NCBI GenBank assembly: GCA_028534125.1
Contig: CM052837.1
Location: 29,140,001 to 29,204,000, forward strand
DNA from: Lama glama
Taxonomy: Eukaryota
Length of the DNA stretch: 64,000 nt
Reading direction: 5' to 3'
The notes beneath the pieces are model-generated. The model saw only the letters and a list, made by a program, of their open reading frames with translations, ran no database searches and had not been told where the DNA came from. Positions 61,192 to 64,000 of the stretch are shown piece by piece (position 1 is the stretch's first letter; each line of letters begins with the position of its first letter). Made by a program: the position numbers and the translations under genes.

Positions 61192-62329
61192 GATTAACCC
61201 ATCACAGCTCTGGGAGTAAAAATGGATCATAACTCTGATTTTACAGATGAGAAACTAAAGTCTTTGCCCAGTGACGCTCAGAGGGTTGGGTCTCAATAAA
61301 CAGTATCTGAATCTTATTCCTCCTCCCCTGCCCCTTAGGGACCCTCCCAGCTCTTGTTCCCATCCTGCACAGATGCTGAGTGGGCAGGTTGAACACCGCG
61401 GTGAGAAGAATGCTACTTCTGAGGGTCAGGTAGATCTGAGTTTGAATGCTGTCTCAGCTCCTCTCTTTCTAGTGATCTGGGGTCTGACACCTAGAGGTGC
61501 TTAATCAATGTCACACCCCCGCTGTGAGCCTCAGTTGTCTTGCAAGGTTTTGGTGGAGAGAGCATTTTGCAAATCTCAGCCACTGGTCGGCTGGCCCCTG
61601 GCTGTCATGGCTGCCGTGAATGGTGGAGCATGAGGCATCAGAGGGAGAGCACTTATGGGCAACAGAGAGACTTCCTAGAGCTCCCTGTAAGTGGTAGGGG
61701 GGTCTCACTGCCCCCTAAGGCTGCCCTAAAGTCTTAGTCTCTCTCCCCTGACTTGAGACCTCAATCTGGTCCTTGATTGTAGCTCTCTCATCTCTCCCAA
61801 GCTCTTTTCCTAGCCTCCCTCCTGATGACTTTGGGGACCTCCAGGTTTGTCCTCAGCTGTTTCTAAGGGGACCCAGAATCACCAAGAGGCAATCATTCCC
61901 GCTGCCTGGAGGAGGCAACTCAGGAACCTCTGGCTTCCCCTTGTCCCAGGGCCTGGCATCAAGATCAGGGGCTGCTGAGAATGGCAGTAACCCTCCCCTG
62001 ACTGCCTTGCCCGCTGCCTGCCATACCTCTGTTAGAGCAGCCTTTTTGAATAAATTAATTCACTGATTTATCTCCCCAATGCTAGGTGACACCTTGGGCT
62101 AATTCTTTCATCCTTGGCTCTATAAATGGGCTCTGGTGGTACCTAACCCTTCAGGAAGTTGTGAGAATGAAATGTCAGTGAAAGGAAGTGCTTGGTATGG
62201 CCCTAAGTGTAGTGGGCACTCAATATATGTGCTCAGGGGTTTATTCAAGAGTCCCCCAGACACTCCCTGAGGCCTCCCCAAGGCCAGCCTGGTGCTGGGG
62301 TGATGGGAAGAGGGGGACAGAGTTGCCAA

Positions 62330-63200
62330 AGACACAGTTCTTGTCCTCATTTAAATACTGGTGATTTCCAAATGCATCTCTCCAACCTGGACACTCTCCC
62401 TGACTCCAGACCCGAGTCTCCACTCACCCCTCCTCAGTACCACTGGGATGACTGACAGGAGCCAAGCCATGACCCAGCTCCTGACTTTCCTCCAAACCAT
62501 CCCCATCTCAGTTAACTGCTCCTCCATCCTCCAGGTACTCCCCCAAACCTGGAAGTTATCCTCTATCCTTTGTTCTCACTGGCCCTGGTATCTGATTGCT
62601 CACCACATCCTGTTTGCTCTGCCTTCAGAATGCATCCAGAATCAGCTTGTATCTCCCTACCTCCAGTGCCCCTCCATGGTCCATACCACTAGCATCACCT
62701 GTCTGGGGACTTTACCCTCCACAGTCTTGTTCTCCACACATAGCCAGAGGGAACCCCTTAGAACCTAAGTCAGATCCTGTCCCTACCCTGCTTGGAGACC
62801 TCCCATGGCTCCCACCTTACTCAGAGTAAAAGCTGAAGTCCTCCCCACAGCCCATAAGGCCCTGTGTGACCACCACTCCCTGCACTGACCCCAGGAAACC
62901 CTCTACCTCTCTGATGACCTAGTTTCTTCCACTTTTCCCCTTGCTTACTCCCTTCGAGCCCCATGGCCTCCTTGCTGTTCCTCTAATAAATGATGGATCT
63001 TTCTACCCCAGGGCCTTTGTACATGCTGCTCCCTTTGCCTGGAACTCTCACCCTCCATGTATTCCCATGACTCCCTCCCACATCCTCTTCAGGTCAAAAA
63101 TGTCACCTCTTGGAGCATCCTTTTCTGAGCTCCCTGCCCTTACCAGCTTAAACATTCTCCATCTCCTAAACTGTTTTTCTCTATACTCTGATGTTGCTTT
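62330..63200 (+). mobile_element. L2 LINE long fragment
   Basis: TGATTTCCAAATGCATCTCTCCAACCTGGAC...CCTTCAGAATGCATCCAGAATC...CCAGGGCCTTTGTACATGCTG. Confidence 0.82.
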
Positions 63201-63879
63201 ATTTTTCCTTTATGGGTAGAGGAGGTGGCACAGGGGAAAGGTACTCCCAAGAAGGGGACAGCATGTGCAAAGACCTGGAAGTATGAACAGTATGACAGGT
63301 GCAGGGTAGTGGATGAAGGGAAGATTGGTGAAGACAGTAGGGCAGGGTAAGAGGCCCAGGCAGCTGAGCTCCAGGATAAAGCATCACTCAGGCAGGAGGA
63401 AGAAGAGCTCTGGGTCAGCAGTCAGCAGTCAGCAGTCCAGGGTCACCCTGGCTTGGTTACCTCCCTGGCTGTGTGACCTCAGGAAGCCATGTCTCTCTCT
63501 GGACCCAAGAATCCTCAACTGCTTTTGGAGACCACCTAAGTGGTCTCATTATTTGACAAATGGGGAAACTGAGGCTGCAAAACTGCTTCATGACCTGGTT
63601 AAGGGCCAACTCAGGGGTAGGAATAAGCCAGGGACTGCTAGCAGTCACTCACAACTTAGCCTGAGTGAATTCCCTGGATTCTTGGCTACCCAGTGCCCCT
63701 TAGACACAGTGGGCCTGGGAGGCAGGGTGAAGGTGGGGCTGAGGCTCCCTGCAGGACTCCGCCTGCACAATCACAACTTCCATGGTTATGACCAAGGCAG
63801 ATGACACATGCTCTCTGGGAGTCACCATTGGACCCTGCAGCCTTGTCACACATACTCCCTGTCCCCACATGCCTGACTT

Positions 63880-64000
63880 GTGCCCTGCTCCCTGTGCTGC
63901 CATTTCCTGACTATGTGACTCTGGGCAAGTCACTTCCCCTCTCTGAGCCTCTATTTCCTCTTCTGTTAAGAGGAGATAATAGCAGTACCCACCCCACTGG
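63880..64000 (+). mobile_element. MIR SINE (runs to window end)
   Basis: CTATGTGACTCTGGGCAAGTCACTTCCCCTCTCTGAGCCTCTATTTCCTC. Confidence 0.85.

Noticed and set aside
1-64000. CRISPR arrays, prokaryotic operons, rRNA or intact ERV/viral genes
   Set aside because: No regularly spaced repeat-spacer structure, no rRNA similarity and no gag/pol/env-like ORFs; the sequence is clearly mammalian

Overview
This is mammalian, essentially non-coding DNA (intergenic or deep intronic), most likely from a camelid. The taxon call rests on a short tRNA-Ala(AGC)-derived, poly(A)-tailed SINE at 41730-41821 that resembles the camelid vic-1 family. The window is GC-rich and packed with ancient eutherian repeats: dozens of MIR SINEs and L2 LINE 3' fragments, L1M fragments, hAT DNA elements (MER5/20/58/91/103-like) and ERVL/MaLR solo LTRs. 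It also has four N gaps. I recognise no protein-coding gene, RNA gene or CRISPR array. The ORF track is explained by repeats, low-complexity sequence and GC richness, and the only recognisable peptides are L1 ORF2 C-terminal remnants. The signals worth follow-up lie in the unique sequence between repeats: (1) short AT-rich islands dense in homeodomain/SOX motifs with retained CpGs, which look like developmental enhancers; (2) a GC/CpG patch with an inverted SOX-dimer site; (3) a ~450-bp degenerate pentamer array loosely resembling Ig switch repeats; (4) a candidate unannotated terminal exon with a poly(A) signal; (5) a possible split hAT transposase fossil; (6) a perfect 41-bp tandem duplication; (7) a 17-bp-arm hairpin. 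I found no clearly novel multi-component system. Repeat family names come from recalled consensus motifs, boundaries are approximate, and all need RepeatMasker/Dfam confirmation.
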